NCBI GenBank assembly: GCA_012295275.1
Contig: CM022677.1
Coordinates: 21,018,001-21,082,000 of the forward strand
Origin: Chrysomallon squamiferum
Lineage: Eukaryota; Animalia; Mollusca
Direction: 5' to 3'
DNA: 64,000 nucleotides
How positions within the stretch are numbered: the stretch's first letter is position 1; the number at the start of each line of letters is the position of its first letter. Both the position numbers and the translations under genes were made by a program. The notes under the pieces were generated by a model. That model was given only the letters and a program-made list of their open reading frames with translations, ran no database searches and had not been told where the DNA came from. Positions 25,919 through 64,000 of this stretch are shown piece by piece.

Positions 25919-25940
25919 TAAATAATAATAATAATAAATA

Positions 25941-25981
<41 letters not shown>

Positions 25982-26258
25982 TATAATTAAATAAATAAAT
26001 AAATAAATAAATAAATGAAATAAAATGTAATACCCATACGAGGCCTCAACAGTAAGTCATGACGTAAATCAGAAATTACGTAAGGAAAAAGAGACGAGAT
26101 GTGCTAATTATGGTGTACTTAACTAATGAACTTTTGATAATACAGTACTACTAATAATGCAGCGCCTACATTTAAAACATTCTAGCCACCCTGGGTTTGA
26201 TTTGAGTGGAACTGAACAACGCAAAAAATATTTCTTAATAACGTTTCTATGACAAGCA

Positions 26259-26281
26259 CGGGTTTGGGTTAGGGTTAGGGT

Positions 26282-26285
<4 letters not shown>
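26259..26285 (+). repeat. Short interstitial TTAGGG-type repeat running into (AG)n
   Basis: GGGTTTGGGTTAGGGTTAGGGTTAGG read directly. Confidence 0.6.
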
Positions 26286-26354
<69 letters not shown>

Positions 26355-26359
<5 letters not shown>

Positions 26360-26810
26360 GTAAATTCAAACAGAGGCAGTTGTTTACTATCCAGATTGTA
26401 TAAAACATGAACTAGATAAATGAGAGACCAGCAAAAGTATAGGGTCAGTTGTTTATTGCTTGAGAAATGTATTTCTTAATCATTTGTTTGTACAAAATTC
26501 ATACTAAATCACCGTTAAGAAACAGATATTTGTTTTGTTTTTTATATCCTTTCTTGAAATAAATTAGCGATGACTGATTTTAGTTTTTGTATTGTCATGG
26601 CAACATCTTGACCAAAAAAGCAAGAACTAGCAAGACAAGCAGGATAAGAAGCGGGATAAGAAAGAGTTCGGCAAAGACAAAGGGGCTTTAGATTCATCTA
26701 AGAGAAAACACACAAAACGATAGATTTCACTCTGTCTTTACACAACGTGCGACCATCTTCCAAATAAGGTATTCAAAGTTCACACGAGTGACAGTTCCAA
26801 TGAAATTCAG
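26355..26810 (+). pseudogene. Orphan decayed copy of the polybasic terminal exon and its flanks (homolog of about 2350-2780)
   Basis: Shares GATTAGTAAATTCAAACAGAGGCAGT...AAAACGATAGATTTC...CACACGAGTGACAGTTCC. The acceptor GGCAACAG has become GGCAACAT. Confidence 0.75.
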
Positions 26811-26859
26811 CCGCTATTAACAAAACAAAAAACAAAAACAAAATGAATGAACTTATTTT

Positions 26860-26900
<41 letters not shown>

Positions 26901-28061
26901 TTGTTGTGAAAATATTTAGTGTTATAAATAATTATGTTCTAACTCTATCCTGCGCAGTCTGAAAAAAGTAAGAAAATAATTAAATAAAAAAAAAAAAAAA
27001 AAATGGAATATTTAATATACTCATTAATAATGATACTTATACATTACGTAAAGAGATACGAATGTACATGTTTTAACTGAGATGAATAAAATTGCGTGCG
27101 TACACACATCTAAGTATCTGGAAAGCTCTAAACAACGTTCGCTGTAGTTGTTCGTCTTTCTTGTTAGAGAGAGAGAGAAAAAAAAAACATGTATTTTATT
27201 ATTATTACAAATTAAAACAAATTAAGAAATATATATTTATTTAAAGTGGAAAATAAAGAAGAAGCAAAAATAGCGGAATAAATGATAAATAAAATAAAAT
27301 ATGTTGCCCATAAGAGGCCTCATCAGGAACTGATGACGTATTATGAAATTACGTAAGTAAAAAGGAAGATGCGACATAATTATCATGGCGAACTTATGTA
27401 ACGGATTTTTAAAAATAGTCTGATCGTAATAACGAAGAGCCTATATCTAAACTATCCTGAATTGATTTGAAAACTGTTTAATGGAAAATACTTTTTATTA
27501 TGACATTTGTATAACAAGAACAGGTTTGTTTTAATGTATTTGTTGCTGTTATTGTCATTTTATTTCATTTGTGCCAAACGAAAGGATAGTGAGAAAAAAA
27601 ATTGTAGAGACATTCAGCAGCAACTCCAATTCACTATCGTGTTAAAAAAAAAAGAGAGAAAACAAAATGTTTCTTCTTGATTTTCTTTTTTCTTTTTTAT
27701 TATTATTATTATTTTTTAAATACGGTGATTGGACTCCACTGGCAGTTAAAACAACAACAAAAAACAACACCAACAACACCATCAATAATAAATTAATTAA
27801 TTAATAAATAAATAGAGAAGCTAATGGGTATTTGTATGTCATTATTAATAGCGATGCAACTTAGGCATAAACCTAATTGGAGGTTACTTTATCGTGATGG
27901 TTACGATGCTGATGACATGCCTGTGTTTTATGAATAACATATAAAATTGTGCTAATGCACTTCAGATTACTATTTTGACGTCTATCTCCAAATAACATGA
28001 ATTATTTTCCTTCTATTTGACGCATTTTTTACTTTCTTTTTATTTCTAGATTGCTGAGAAA

Positions 28062-63961
<35,900 letters not shown>

Positions 63962-64000
63962 GTATTTATACTGCATCTTAATTTGGTTTAAATTAAATAA

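Larger units (their letters stand above)
26030..27520 (+). promoter_or_regulatory. Two diverged copies (about 26030-26260 and 27305-27520) of a putative promoter block with TGACGTA...TTACGTAA, upstream of receptor gene 2
   Basis: CCCATA(C/A)GAGGCCTCA followed by TGACGTA and AAATTACGTAAG in both copies. Confidence 0.45.

Noticed and set aside
26259-26285. Chromosome end or telomere fusion site
   Set aside because: Only about three to four TTAGGG-like units, internal, with no inverted array.

Overview
AT-rich, microsatellite-dense animal genomic DNA with spliceosomal GT-AG introns (probably an invertebrate such as a mollusc; this is inference). Almost all ORFs in the supplied track are microsatellite artefacts, and the real genes are spliced. 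From left to right the window holds: (1) the 3' end of a type-I membrane protein gene with acidic micro-exons, a TM exon and a strongly polybasic tail (405-2695). (2) A head-to-head pair of 4-exon secreted C-type lectin genes (5675-8192 minus, 10803-13236 plus) whose promoters are near-identical inverted copies although their exons have diverged, plus a third truncated lectin pseudogene. (3) A complete 11-coding-exon receptor gene: signal peptide, LRRNT/LRR/LRRCT, TSP1-like domain, micro-exon stalk, TM, acidic tail with NPxF (18219-25049, about 672 aa). (4) A paralog starting at 28062 and running off the right edge, in which a shorter LRR domain is followed by a micro-exon encoding a furin-type site and then more than 50 frame-symmetric (phase 1-1) cassette exons: 22 TSP1 exons, 12 15-nt micro-exons, 12 linker exons and 8 EGF-like exons, arranged in simple and higher-order tandem repeats. 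A decayed Tc1/mariner element sits in one intron. The main candidate novel system is this tandem family of modular LRR-TSP1(-EGF) surface receptors with an expanding/contracting ectodomain and differing cytoplasmic tails, clustered with C-type lectins. All exon structures were read by hand from splice signals and phases, with no transcript evidence.
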